The notes under the pieces: model-generated | The model's input: only the letters and a program-made list of their open reading frames with translations | What the model was told of the DNA's origin: nothing | Database searches by the model: none | In this document: piece by piece, positions 25,528 to 38,993 of the stretch | Layout of the letters: the number at the start of each line of letters is the position of its first letter | Position numbering within the stretch: the stretch's first letter is position 1 | Translations under genes and position numbers: made by a program | Assembly (NCBI GenBank): GCA_051294375.1 | Contig: CM119269.1 | Location: 9,419,191 to 9,483,190 of the forward strand | Direction: 5' to 3' | Origin: Paraspadella gotoi | Taxonomy: Eukaryota > Animalia > Chaetognatha | Length of the DNA stretch: 64,000 nt

Positions 25528-26888
25528 ACAATGTCGGATCTGACCACGATTATTATCGGTAATTAATTAATTAATTAATAATTAAATAATTAATTAATTA
25601 AGTAGGCAATTAAATAATTAATTTGATCCCAAATGTTTGTTTTTAGGTCATTTCGTCACTAACCACGACAAAAGCAATAACGACGTTGAGAATAATGCCG
25701 ATAATGATTGACTTAATTGATTGACTGATTATTTAATTATTGATTAATTAATTGACTAATTGATTATTTAACGGATTAATTATTTGCATTAATTTTACAT
25801 TCTTTGCATTACATTTAATATAAAAGAAAAAAGCATAATCAATTGTTAAAAAAGTTTTTTGTTTTTTCCTTTTAAACTAATTTTGACTCGGACGATTCCA
25901 TCGAAACTTGATTTCCAGCTTAATCACACACTTTCCTACCCACATAAAACAATTTCAGGTAAATCGCCTCATCCACTCATGAGCAAATGGTGTTCAAATA
26001 GTTAAATATATTTTATTGTTTTTTCCATTTAAACTCATTTCTCATTTCCACTCGGGACGATTCAATCACGAATAATTAGTGTTTTTTGCTAAGGTGGGAC
26101 GGACGGACGGACGGATGGACAGACAGACGGACGGACGGACATCGTTTTTTTTACATAATTTATCATAATTCGAGGTTCTGACATGATATAAGTGAATGCC
26201 CGACAAGGTTGAGGAGGTGGACCGACGGACCGACAAAGTGAATTACTATCTAGGAAAAAAGTTAGAAACATTTTTATTTAAAAGTTCATTTATTCAATAA
26301 AAAATATACAAAACATGGGTAAAACATTCTCAATATTTGGTATGCCCTCCCTCAGCATCGACTCGGCCATCGTCGTCTGGGCGCGCTCTGTAAAGCTGAC
26401 ACACCAAATGTTTTGATTTGTTTTATCGCCGTAAAAAATTTGCAATGGTGGAACGAGGGATTCCAAGTCTATTGCTGATGAATTGTTGCGTCTTTCCCTC
26501 TTTTCTCAGAGCTACAATTGCACCTTTATGAACCAAAGAGAGGGGCTGTCTATTCGGCATAACCAAATTTAAAAAATGAAAAAAATAACTAACTCAATTT
26601 GAAATAGAACAAATAACTCAATACCAAGAATTGTGGAAAACTAAAGGCGATTTTTTCCGCCATTTTTCACTTGAGGTAGCAATCTTTTTTTGCCTCTAAC
26701 TTCTATACGGTTGGATCTTACGAAAAATGGAAGGAAGCAACTGAAAGGAAATTTAATGTAGAATCTGAAACATCCTGATTTTTTAAAAATCGAGCAAGTT
26801 TTCGAGTAGATATCCTCAATTAAAAATGTTTTCTAACTTTTTTCCTAGATAGTATAGAGTCGAGATCTGCTGATAAGCAGATCCGACT
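25528..26888 (+). mobile_element. Helentron/DINE-like element, family 1, interrupted by a Tc1 derivative
   Basis: Homologous to intact copy 60424-61093: 5' GTCGGATCTG, (GACG)n tract, 3' hairpin ending GCAGATCCGACT. Confidence 0.65.
26246..26852 (-). mobile_element. Internally deleted Tc1/mariner element
   Basis: TIR CTATCTAGGAAAAAAGTTAGAAACATTTTTA / TAAAAATGTTTTCTAACTTTTTTCCTAGATAG with TA at both ends; empty site visible at ~61058; minus strand retains a degenerate Tc1 C-terminus (MPRRMQAVVDA..G.TKY, clearer in the copy at ~36360-36430). Confidence 0.85.
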
Positions 26889-27250
26889 AAAAATAATAAA
26901 GAGATCCAAGGTTTTCCGTCCGTCCCTCCATCCGCCCGTCCCTCCGTCCGTCCGTACGTCCGTCAGTCAGTCAGTCCGTCCGTCCGTCCGTCCGTCCGTC
27001 CATCAGTCCGTCCGTTCGTTCGTTCTTCCGTCCGTCCGTCCGTCCGTCCGTCCGTCCGTCCATCCGTCCGTCCGTCCGTCCGTCTCAAAGGCGTTAAAAG
27101 GAGAAGAGAGGAAAGTAGTCGATATATTCGAAGATTTATGATCTTTTTTCGTTCATCAGGAAAAATTCAGCGAAGGTTAAGAGTTCGATACATGACGTCA
27201 TCAATCATTTAAGCGAAGAAAAATCTTTGGCATTTCAGAGAGAAAAATTG

Positions 27251-27344
<94 letters not shown>

Positions 27345-28399
27345 TAAGTGCAGCATAGACAGGAAGATAGAGAAGAAAAAAATATTTAGAGAGGTGAAGG
27401 GGACGGAGGGAAAGAAGAGAGGAGGAATTAGGGAAGTTAAGGGAATGATAGACAAACAAAATGTTTGATGATCAAGAAAAAAAATTAATGAATGTTACCG
27501 ATACCCAAAAAGTCTGATAGTCTGATAATCTCCACGAGTACTCGCGGCGCAACTAAGAAATTAGGTTCATTGAAAGATGGAAGAGCAATTTCGAGATTTT
27601 GCGCTTCGATTTTTTTTTTTTTTTACTTTACCGCATTACAAGATGATTACGTGACGAAACAAGTATGAATAATATGGATAGCAAATGTTGCAATTGTTGC
27701 AATGCGAATATCTAGTAAGGTTCAGTATTAATGAGATAATTTCATTGTCTCGTTTGTCATGTGATCGTATTTTTGATTGATTATGTAACTGCACAAATAT
27801 GAAACATATGGCCAAGGAAGTAAAACAGGAGTTGTCCGCCATGCATAAATCAAAATAATTCAACATAGTGACATTTATGTGCGATTAAACATAAGACTGA
27901 AAGACAGACGTGAGAGATGGACGGACCGACCGACGACCGACGTGAGAGATGGACGGACGACCGACGATCGCTTTTTAGAGTTGGTTCGCGAGTGCTCGCG
28001 CGGAACTAAAAAAAAAAGAAAAGAAGTCGAGTTGCGTTATTTAATCGCGAAGTCTGCGTGGGTGGCGCTGATTGACCGGAAATTGGGCGTGGCCGCAACG
28101 GGGATTCAATTTTTGATTTCGTCGTCGTCGTGCGTCATCGTCGTCGTCCTCGTCGTCGTCGTCGTCGCCGCGGTCCTCTTGATGACATCAACGGTTCATT
28201 TCTTTCATTCATCCCTTCCTTGAGGTTATCACGTGTCACATTGCAAATTTGCAGCGTGTCACGCTACGTTTGATGTTGTCACGTAGCATTTTGTCACGTG
28301 CCAATCTGCCAATGTGACATGCGACGCAGAATTATTCTTCCGTAGAGTGAATTTCTCAGCTCTCTCCTGGCTACGCTACGCTGTGTCCCGCTTCTCCGG

Positions 28400-28497
28400 G
28401 TTCGCTACGCTTTGTGCTACGGTTGTGCTAGCGCCGCCTCATCGTCGATCTCGTCTCTCCGAAACTCCGCGTCTCAACGGCGTTGACTCGGTCGCGT

Positions 28498-28531
<34 letters not shown>

Positions 28532-31460
28532 TCGTCATCGTCTCTCTCTCTATCCGTCTCCACGAAACCGGAAGACGCGTGAAATCTCGACGGAAACAAA
28601 TTGATGGCGATTGATGACGGAGGAGAGAAGGGAGGAGGAGAGAGGAGGATGATTCCGATTCCGAAAACAATTTCGAACATCGACGACAATTTCAGTCTCT
28701 TTATCGGCGTCGTCATGGAAACACGGGCGTTGTCGACGCCGCCGCCGGCCCAGTGTCAGCGCCTCCTCGTAGTCAGGCGGCGCGGCGTCTCTCGCCCGGC
28801 GTCGTTTTTTAGTCGTAAAGTGGGCCGCGCGGAGGCAGAGAGAGCGCCACCTGTAGATCGAAGGGAGGAAGGGAGAATACATTAAAGGAGAGATGTTGGA
28901 TGGCATGGATGACATGGTTTGGCGTTAGGTGGCAACGGGTGGCATGGGAAAGCATGCGATGAATTGAATAGGTAGAATGCATGGATTGGAAATCAATATG
29001 TCAATCATTTTGGACATTGTCATGCTTTGCATTGGATGGCATTGATGGCTTAGAATGGACGTGACGGGTAAGCTCTTGAGGCCATGGAAATTGACAGAGA
29101 CACTATATCAGTTTTTATCAGATTAAAAGATCGTAAATCTGACCATTCCTTTCATCAGTTCAGTCTTTTAACATAAAAAAAGTGGTCTTAATTAAATTCC
29201 GCTGTTAACATTTTTTTCTTCAAACCTTTAAAAAATTTTTTTCGAATTCTCCCGAGCTACGCAATTTGGTCGTCGTCGTCCTGCATCGTTCGTCGTCGTC
29301 ATCGTCATCGGTCGTCGTCGTCATCGTCTTACCTCCTCCTGCGTCATCTCATTGCGTCGTCCGGTATCGTTGTCGTCGTCAGTCATCGCCTTTCTCACTC
29401 CTCGTCTCGTGCGTCATGCTCGTTCGTCATGCGTGCGTCTTTCATGCGAACCTTCGAACGCTGGAGTTAGAGGCGGCGCGGCGGTCGGCTCGAAGTAAGG
29501 AGTATGTCGACGGTTCGAAGCCGCAGACTGCGGAGGGAGAAGCAGCAGCAGTAGCAGATGCTGCAGCAGGAGCAGCAAATGGGCGGCGACGCGTCGTGAC
29601 GCCGCTTGAACTTCGTCTTCGTCTGAAAAGATTAAATTTAAACGTTTACTTCAAGAAAATTTATATTCAAGTTTTTTTTTTCGAAGGTTTGGTTTTCGAG
29701 TCTTCATCAACGCTTAGTCAATAGTTTTATATTATATTACTTTCTAGAACGAAAACCACTTTAGAAACCAAAGAGACAACCGAATGAAAATTACGAANNN
29801 NNNNNNNNNNNNNNNNNNNNNNNNNNNNNNNNNNNNNNNNNNNNNNNNNNNNNNNNNNNNNNNNNNNNNNNNNNNNNNNNNNNNNNNNNNNNNNNNNNNN
29901 NNNNNNNNNNNNNNNNNNNNNNNNNNNNNNNNNNNNNNNNNNNNNNNNNNNNNNNNNNNNNNNNNNNNNNNNNNNNNNNNNNNNNNNNNNNNNNNNNNNN
30001 NNNNNNNNNNNNNNNNNNNNNNNNNNNNNNNNNNNNNNNNNNNCGAGCACGACAGCCACCAATTGAACAACCGTAACAACTCACTCAACCCAAACCGAAC
30101 CTAAACAATCACAACGAATAAATCCTCAATAACCNNNNNNNNNNNNNNNNNNNNNNNNNNNNNNNNNNNNNNNNNNNNNNNNNNNNNNNNNNNNNNNNNN
30201 NNNNNNNNNNNNNNNNNNNNNNNNNNNNNNNNNNNNNNNNNNNNNNNNNNNNNNNNNNNNNNNNNNNNNNNNNNNNNNNNNNNNNNNNNNNNNNNNNNNN
30301 NNNNNNNNNNNNNNNNNNNNNNNNNNNNNCCTCCTTCCTCGCTCCTCCGAAGGCGAAATATCTTCCTCCATCCCGGTTTGTCTCTCAAGTAAAGAAGAAG
30401 AACGACGAGGAAGAGGAAGAAGACGAGAGCGACGAGGGACCAAAGGACGACGAGGAGGAGAGTCGGGATCGAAGTCTCGATTCCGGCCCCGGATGGAACC
30501 GGACTATGGCATCGGAGGGAGAAGCAGAGGGAGACTGGATTTGGGGATCGGGTTATCGTAATATCCATTTTAATTGAAATGTTATGGCAACGGGAGGATA
30601 GCCTGTGATACCCGGGGCGCGGGGTATCTCACCAACTGGCGTAGGGGCTGCGGACCCTCAGTGACCGCCTCCTGTCACTGGCATGTTTATACCGGCACCG
30701 TCACATTTAAGCCAGAACCGGGATACCCAGGGATTGAACCCGGGACGCACGGATGGAATGAGATGATTTAGCCTGCTCAGCCATTGAGACGAGGCTGAGG
30801 ACGGACAGCAGTGAGGCAGCTTTAAGTCTTGCTGCCACATATATATTATATGTTATTACATGTTATATTTTTATCAAAGGTTTAATTATAATTATTTTAA
30901 GATATTAATAAATTATAAAAAAGATAATGTAATGCCCCCAGGTGGTCTTGGAGCTTGGTGATCTTATGGTTATAAAAAATAATCCCCGCGGGGCGCCACT
31001 TGTTCACTTTTGGGGGTGGGTAGTTTTGAAAAATGATTTATGTTTTTGAACTTGAAAACTAATCTAAAACCCTAACCTAACCGTTACTAATCAACTAAAT
31101 CTTCATTTCAATCCCAATAAATCCTCACCTCGTCAACTAAATCTTCATTTAAATCCTAATAAATCCTCACCTCGTCTTCCGCCGAATTCGTGTCGACCTC
31201 TAAAGAATCCCCGAGGACAATCGTCGCCTCTGGGGATGCAGCAGGCCGTCGACGACGACGACGACGACAATTTCCGACAGTCGGACGCCCATTGACAGGC
31301 ATTCTGGCGGAGTAAATGAGATTAAGACAAATGAAAGAGAGAAAATGAAAACGAATGAAAAATGGAAAAAGGTGAGCCTTGTAGCAATTGTAACAGAAGT
31401 ACTCAATGGCAAGGGACCTGGCTGCAATAGCGTCGTTAGTTCAGTTGCGTCTCGCATTAC
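28400..31460 (-). CDS. Cys-rich single-pass membrane protein with PPxY motifs, copy 1 (5' incomplete, indels and gaps)
   Basis: Exons ~31460-31378, 31303-31171, 30534-~30330 (TM LLLVVLWSLVALVFFLFLVVLLLYL), 29622-~29460, 28850-~28400; reading frame reconstructed from a three-copy consensus. Confidence 0.6.
29798..30043. other. Assembly gap (others at 30135-30329, 43367-43391, 43701-43725)
   Basis: N runs. Confidence 1.
30583..30839 (-). mobile_element. Family B short element with internal tRNA-like segment (TGTGG...CCATA); duplicate at 42095-42368
   Basis: Minus strand: 5' hairpin GGCAGC/GCTGCC, A box TGGCTGAGCAGG (30772-30783), B box GGTTCAATCC (30731-30740); 3' ~105 nt shared with family C. 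Confidence 0.7.
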
Positions 31461-31579
31461 GAAAGTCAGGCGTTCGTAAATAAGATTGAAAAAGTGAATC
31501 TCAATTAAAATGAAAAAAACAAAAGACGAGAGATCAATTCAGCAACCAAAATCTCTACTTTATTTCTCTCTATTTTCGC

Positions 31580-32360
31580 GCGCGCAGCGGATCCCACAAT
31601 CGCCGCCAACGCCATTCCGAAGCCAGCCAAGGAGGACACGAGAAAAAGCGAGGAGAAAGCCACAGCAAGGAGACAAAGCGAGGAGCTAAGGAAAACAGAG
31701 ACGGGGCAGGAGAATGAAGAAAAACTACAACGAACACGAAATCCGAAAATCCAACGTGAGTGAATCTGATCCAGAACACTCGATCGTCACAACGACAAAC
31801 CGAAAACTCTCTTCTGAGTCGGAACGCACGACTCGGTCGGAGAGAACAACGAGGCAACGACGCAACCACTCCTACACATCGGCTCCAGCAATAGGAAAGG
31901 TCCACACTCCAGCACGCGATACGCCTAATCAAGACGAGAAAACAACGCACCGATCCGTTCCGCGCGCTCAAGCCCAATCAGCGAAAGAAACACCAGGGAA
32001 GGAAAGAGCATCAACCAAAGAGGAACGAACGCCAAAGACAAAGCCGCACCCGATGCCGACGGACACATAGGAACGCGAGAACAGCGATTAACCGACGAGA
32101 GAGAACACGAAACAAATAAGAAGAACAAGAAAGCGGTGACGAATCGACGGAGCCGGAGGCGAAACAGGAGCTGCGAGACAAAGGCGATGAAGACAGCCGC
32201 GAAGAGGACACAAGAAAAGGAGCCAAAGATAATGACAAGAATGGGAACAAAAAAAGGGAAAATAAGGGCCACCACCAGGCAGTGATCTGTCCTTCGACGC
32301 CAACAACTGAACGCATCTTGTCGCTCGATCTGGACGAATTCTTTCGCGTGAAGAGGACTT
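31580..32360 (+). pseudogene. Frameshifted duplicate of the KE-rich exon 21906-22653 (likely read errors rather than a true pseudogene)
   Basis: Collinear with 21906-22653, ends ...LDLDEFFR; many single-base indels; exon 1 is not duplicated. Confidence 0.6.
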
Positions 32361-32790
32361 GGAAAGGGGGTTGGTCATTAATGGGGCGCTTGGTCTGCGC
32401 GGCGCTTGACATGTTGGCTTCTTCTCGCGGAGGGAAGGGGGGCGTTATCAGGCGTTGCAGAGGGGACGAAAAACACTTTAGGCGCGGGAGCGCGGGAGTA
32501 GGTTTATGGGTTGTTTCAATAAAAAAAATAATGGTTAAGTGAATTTAGTTTTTAATAAAGTGTATGCTTCGTGGTCCTTGGTAGAGGGTATAGAGGTGTT
32601 TGGAGAAAACTAAAGTGAAATAGCTAATCACTTTGGAAAAATATAAATACTATAGATCCGATATGATATTCGGTATATTTAATACTAAGCGGAAATTTTA
32701 AATATAGTAAAATATAGCATCTGGTTATCGCCCATAATATACTATAAGAGAGGAGGGTGGAGTAGGGAGAGATGGGAGAATGACAGATGA

Positions 32791-32859
<69 letters not shown>

Positions 32860-35800
32860 AGAGAGAGAGAGAAGAGAGAGAAGGGGGGGAGAGGCATGTT
32901 TGGAGAATCGGGAAATGGAATGGAATTGAAGAGGCTCTCCGGATATATCAATTTAGGAGATATCGACCATTCCATGTTCATGAAAAAAGATTAACAGAGA
33001 TGAAAAGTGATGAACGACATTCGATCTGCACCAACACGTAAGTTGACTAGTTAAAATTTTTACTTTTCAGGGAAATGTAAAATCTCTCCTCATATAATAT
33101 ATTTCTTAACTGTGAATCCGTGAAAATACACGACGAAGCGGTCGATCTGTGAACCTTTCACTCCATGAAATCTTGTTCGCTGCGTCTTCTGTCTCAACGG
33201 GTACAAATTCGCGCTTTTGTGAAGGAAACCGCATTTTCGTGTTAACTTTTAAATAACTGCCGTCGACTGTAATAATATAAAAAAATGAATTCACCGATGC
33301 ACTGTGTGTTTAATTTTTGACAAAAAAAAAATTATTAATGTGTTGTTTTTTTGTAGCAACGATCCATCCTGACATCGTCATTCGCTTTTGGGAGGGTGTA
33401 AGACAACAGATTAACCTGCTTTTTCAATAATTATATTAAATCAGATCTCAACTCAATAGTAAATAAAATTTTTAAATTAAATTTTCATTTTTCATTTGAG
33501 GTGGATCGTTGTAAAACCAGTGAAATACTTAATTGAAATTTTGTATTAAAAGACGATGACTTTCATTATTCATTAAATTTTAAAATGGGATTTAGAAAAA
33601 CATTAGTTTATAGGTTCGTTACATTGGGTGGATTATTTAACTTTTAAACTATTTTTTATCAAGGTAAAGTAAGTCGTCTTAAAAAAATGATTTCGTTGTG
33701 AGATGAAACTTAGTTTTCAATTTTGTGATTATCGTCCACCAAGGAGACTTATTGCTGCAATTTCGTTGCGTAAATAATGATACATCTTCTGTCATCTTTA
33801 ATAATTTGTTATACGTCATTATTAATCAACAAACCGAAAATAGGCTGGGGTTTCATTAGGGAGAAATAGGAGTTAGAAACGCTCATACCATTTTGTCGCG
33901 GATGTATTCTGTCATCTCATTTATAGCGAGTCAAGGATTCGCAGAAGAAATATCAAAATTGTAGAAAGCTTAGTTTAAGCTGGCTATTAATAGTTTACAT
34001 CGGAATCTAATGCAAACTATTTGTTATACATCCCATTGATTGTGACTCGCAGAGTAGAACGCCGACATACAATGACGAACAAAAAACTATATCAACTCCT
34101 TGTTAAAATGTTTGGCTGAAAGAAGGAATTACCTTGGCGACGACGACGACGACGTCAGCGACGAACGACGCCGACGAAAACGCCCCTAATCCCCACTTAA
34201 TCACCAGCACAAATTTATCTCCTTTTGACGTAAGACCTCGAAAACACAGAAAGAACCGCGGTCTGGCGTCTGACGAATTCGGCGACTGGCAAGTGCAGAC
34301 CTCGATCCCCGATATGGAACCGGCAAAAAATCGTGTAAGTTACTTATTGCCAAGGTACTCCTGGGAGTGAATAACCGAGACTGTGAGAGAGTTTGAATAG
34401 AAAGCTCGACAGGGATCTGCTTGTATAGAGTGAAAAAGAAAAATCCTGTCGCAAAGTCAGGGAACAGAGAGAGCTAACATTAAATGCAATAATTAATAGA
34501 TTTTATTAAACGAATAGATAATTCTTTTATAAATTGTTGTACCTAAATAATTTATAAATCTATTCTTATTTTAAAATATATAAGATTTTCTATAGTGATA
34601 ACTTCAATATAAAAAAAAGAAAAGAAAAGAAAGACGCGCAGAGAAACTGAGAACAGTAAGAGAGGGAAAGGAAGAGAGATTCAAAAAGCCTGTTTTCTTT
34701 TCTTAGAAGATGCCCTATTCACTTTTTTTTCTCATCCCACTGAGGGAAGAATTTTTTCTTCCGCCATGGTGGTTACCTTGGGTACGGATGTTTTATTATA
34801 ATAAGTCCAAGGGGCGCCACTCTGAAAGGAGGTCAAAAATTTTATTTACGCTCTGGGTAGCCCCTAGTAATGGATGTCAAAAAAAGGCAACCCCTTCAAA
34901 TCGCCCCTAGGAGCCTTTTGAGCGAAGCGGTAAATATCGCCGCCGGCCAATGAAAATAGCAAATAACAACGCGGACGTTCTTACTTTCGATTTTAGTGAC
35001 TTTTTACTTTTATTGACTACATATTTTTTTCTTTATTTAGCCTTCAATACTTTTTTAAAATCGTTTGAAGTTTTTAAAATTATTTAAAAATATTATTTGA
35101 GAACAACCACCACACAGGTATTTAGTGAGAAACAGAACGGAGACGGAAAAGAAATTTCTTCAATTTGGGTGGTTCACAAACGACAGATATTTTATTTCAC
35201 ATTGATACATGTTTCAAATAAAGTTAAGTTAGGCCTTCATGACCTGCAAACTTACTATTTCAAACGCAACAAATCGAATGACTAAAGCAAAAAGAACGAA
35301 ACAGTATTTTACAATATATAGTAAATTTGAAAAGTATCTAAAGCCAAAAAAATTAATCATAGCCGTATCCTTTAAATAAAGTATAACTGACAAAATAAAT
35401 AGTAAACAGCTTAGGGCGAGAAACTTAACAATTTTGATAGTACGAGTTGTTTAAATTTCTTAAATTAAATTTTTAACAAGTTTGAAGGCAAACAATGTCG
35501 GATCTGATACCACGATTTTATCGGTAAATAGAATTAATTAATTAATAATTAAATTTAATGGTAATTAATTAAGTAGGCAATTAAATAATTAATGTTGATC
35601 CCAAAATGTCTTGTGTTTTTAGGTCATTTCGTCATCTATTCTTTCTATCTTGTTATATATATAGCATAAACGACGTTGAGAATAAATGCCGATAATGATT
35701 GACTTAATTGATTGTACTGATTATTTTAATTATTGATTAATTAATTGACCTAATTGATTATTTACGGATTAATTATTTGGATTACATATTCACATCTTGC

Positions 35801-36791
35801 AATTTTTACACTTTAATATAAAAAGAAAAAACGCATAATCAATTTTAAAAAAGTTGTTTTGTTTTTTTGTCTTTTAACTAATTTTGACTCCGGACGATTC
35901 CATCGAAACTTGATTTCCAGCTTAATCACACACTTTCCTACCCACCATAAACACAATTTCAGGTAAATCGCGCCTCATCCACTGCATAGGCAAAATGGTG
36001 TTCAAATAGTTAAATATTTTTATTGTTTTTTTCCATTAACTCATTTCTCATTTCCAGCACTCGCGACATTCAATCAACGAAATAATTAAAGGTGTTTGTT
36101 TGCTAAGTGGGACGGACGAGAACGGACGGATGGACACGGACAGACGGACGGACGGACCCATCAGTTTTTTTTCACATAAATATTATCATAATTCGAGGGT
36201 TCTGACGATAGATATAGTGAATGTCCCCTGACAAGGTTGCACGAGGGGACCGCGTACCGAAAAAGTGAATTAGCTATCATAGGAAAAAAGTTAGAACATT
36301 TTTTTATTTAAAAAAGTTTCATTTATTCATAAAAAATATCCAAAACATGGGTAAAACATTCTCAATATTTGGGTATGTCCCTCGCCCTGCAGCATCGACC
36401 ACTGCCTGCATTCGTCTGGGCATACGCTCTCGTAAAGCTGACACAAGACCAAAATGTCTTTTGAATTTGTTTGTACTGCCGCCCCCGTAAAAAATTTGCC
36501 AATGGTGAACGAGGGATTCCAAGTCTATCGCTGATGAATTTGTTGCGCTTTCCCCTCTTTTTCTCAGAGCTAACAAATTGCCAAACCTTTATGAACCATG
36601 GTAGGAGGGACTGTCTATTCGGCATAACCAAATTTTTAAAAAAGAATGAAAAAAATACTAACTCAATGTTGAAATAGAAACAATATCACTCAATAACCAA
36701 AGAATTTGTGGAAAACTAAAGGCGGATTTTTTTCCGGCGCCATTTTTTTCACTTGAAGGTTTAGCAATTCTTTTTTTGCCTGCTAACTCTA

Positions 36792-38337
36792 TCGGTAGAA
36801 GCCGCTAATAGAAAGAGAGAAGGCCAGTGACTTTTTTCTTATTATTTTATATCGATAAGATGTGGAATGACGGGAATTATTGTAAATCTCAAGTTTCGCT
36901 TGGCTTAATCGGACCTCACATTGTGGAGAAATCTTAGGAAACCCATCAAATTCCACCTTTTTTTTAAACATTCTCTCGCCTTTTAAGATTCTTCTCCGAT
37001 TCCCTGACGTTCTGCTTAGCAAACTTATATTCCGCTAGTTAATTTTTTTTTCTTAAACGAGCGAAGAGGAATCATAACTTTCTGTTATTTTTATGATTTC
37101 TGCGTAAAAAATATAATGAATAACATTTAACATTGGGGATTATCTATGAAAGTAAAATGTCTTGTGAAGCGCGGTGAGAGGTTAAATAAGTTAAAAGAAT
37201 TCGCGCTAAATTTTATTATGAAAAATGACATTAAAGTGAAGTGTGTGAAAGTCTTCCAGCGTCATTTGTAAACATCTCCCTGTTCTCTAACATAAATATA
37301 ATTGTTTACTTTTTGCTGGTGGAAAAGAAAGATAAATAGTTGGGCTGGTGCGCTTGTGATGGGGTTGAATAATTATTTTGTAGAATTTTGTAAGCAATGC
37401 TTTGTAAATATCAGTGAAAGCCAAATATTTTAAGCTGAAAAAAAAAATTATATTTTCTTTATCAAAAAAACTTTTAAAAGTTTTCACTATAGTAGCATTT
37501 CAGCCCTGTTTTTCTTTCAGAATCATAAAAAGAAATGTTTAATTTTCAATTTATTTTTAGTGGGGTTTCAATTAGTTTAAAAATTCATTATAATTTTGAC
37601 TTAGTTTTGACACTGCACGCCTGGTAAGAGGTTTTCCAGCAAACAGTAAATTCTTATATTGTAACTTGTATGTGCCTAGATGATTATGGCTTCATTTTTA
37701 GGTACTTATTTCAGCGCCTATCCTAGTATCCTTTTGTTCCTTTCAAGAGATATCAGGAAAAATCAGTTTTTTTTTCCTCACTGCAATCCTTCCTTTTTAA
37801 TTTTCTTATTAAAATAAAAAATTTCATGTTTGTCAAACCAGACCCCAATGAGACTTTACTATGTTGGTTTAACTAAAAGAGTTTGGTCAATAATGAAAAG
37901 AAAAATTTGGGCAAGCTCTGTTGAGTACAAGAGCGCTTTTTAATGCTCCAAAATTCGAAGTCAATATTGATATAATGTTAACAAAAAAAAATACCACTCT
38001 ACGCCCCCCGTTGTTAACAATTTTTGAAAAGCAAGAATTTCCTTTCATTTCTATAGTAAAAACAAGGTACTTGAAAATTGCTCACTGGAGATGAAACTAG
38101 TACATTTCCCCTGGCTTGTTTGATATTAAATCCTTTGATCAAATGCCATAAGAGAAATCTTGGCTAAGCTCTTAAGATAACAGAACGCTATCGGAATGCG
38201 GTGTGTTTTTACAACCTGTGTTTTTTTATCCGAAATTTCTGGCATCTCGTTTTGCATTTGGGTAGGTCCAGATTTTAACGGGAAATCTCTATTAGAAAAT
38301 GTTTGAATTTTTTTTTAAGCGAGATTCTCGTCTACTA
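36792..38337. mobile_element. About 1.55-kb insertion inside the Tc1 derivative, present only in copy 2
   Basis: Copy 1 reads CTAACTTCTATACGGTTGG uninterrupted at ~26695-26715; copy 2 is split at the TA; ends GGTAGA.../...TCTACT form only a weak inverted repeat. Confidence 0.6.
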
Positions 38338-38951
38338 TAACGGTTGGATTCTACGAAAAATGGAATGGAAGGCGCAACTGAAAAGGAAATTTAATGTAGA
38401 ATCTGAAACATCCTTGAATCTTTTTAAAAAAAATCGAGGCAAGTTTTCGAGTAGATTATCCTTCAATTAAATAATGTTTCTAACTTTTTTCCTAAAGATA
38501 GTCTATGTAGAGTCGAGAATCTGCTGATAAGGCAGAATCGAGCTAAAAATATATAAAAGAGATCCAAGGTTTTCCCATCCGTCCCGTCCATCCGCTACCG
38601 TTCCTACCGTCCGTCCGTACGTCCGTCCAGTCAGTGCAGTCCGTGTCCGTCCGTCCGTCCGTCCATCAGTCCGTCCGTTCGTTTCGTATCTTCCTCCGTC
38701 CGTCCGTCCGTCCGTGCCGTCCGTCCGTCGATCCATCCGTCCGTCCGTCCCACGCCGTCCGTCTCAAAGGCCGTTAAAAGGAGAAGAGAGGAAAGTAGTC
38801 GGAGATATTTACCCGGGAGAGATTTATGATTTTTTTCGTTCATCGGGAAAAATTACAGCGAAGGTAAAGAGTTCGATACATGTGACGTCATGGCAATCCA
38901 TTTTAAGCGGAAGAAAAAATCTTTGGCAATTTCAAGAGAGGGGAAAAATTG

Positions 38952-38993
<42 letters not shown>

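Noticed and set aside
30986-31005. TGGCGCCCC on the minus strand as a primer-binding site near the family B element
   Set aside because: Not adjacent to the element end, no PPT, and the same GGGGCGCCACT occurs in an unrelated repeat at ~24899
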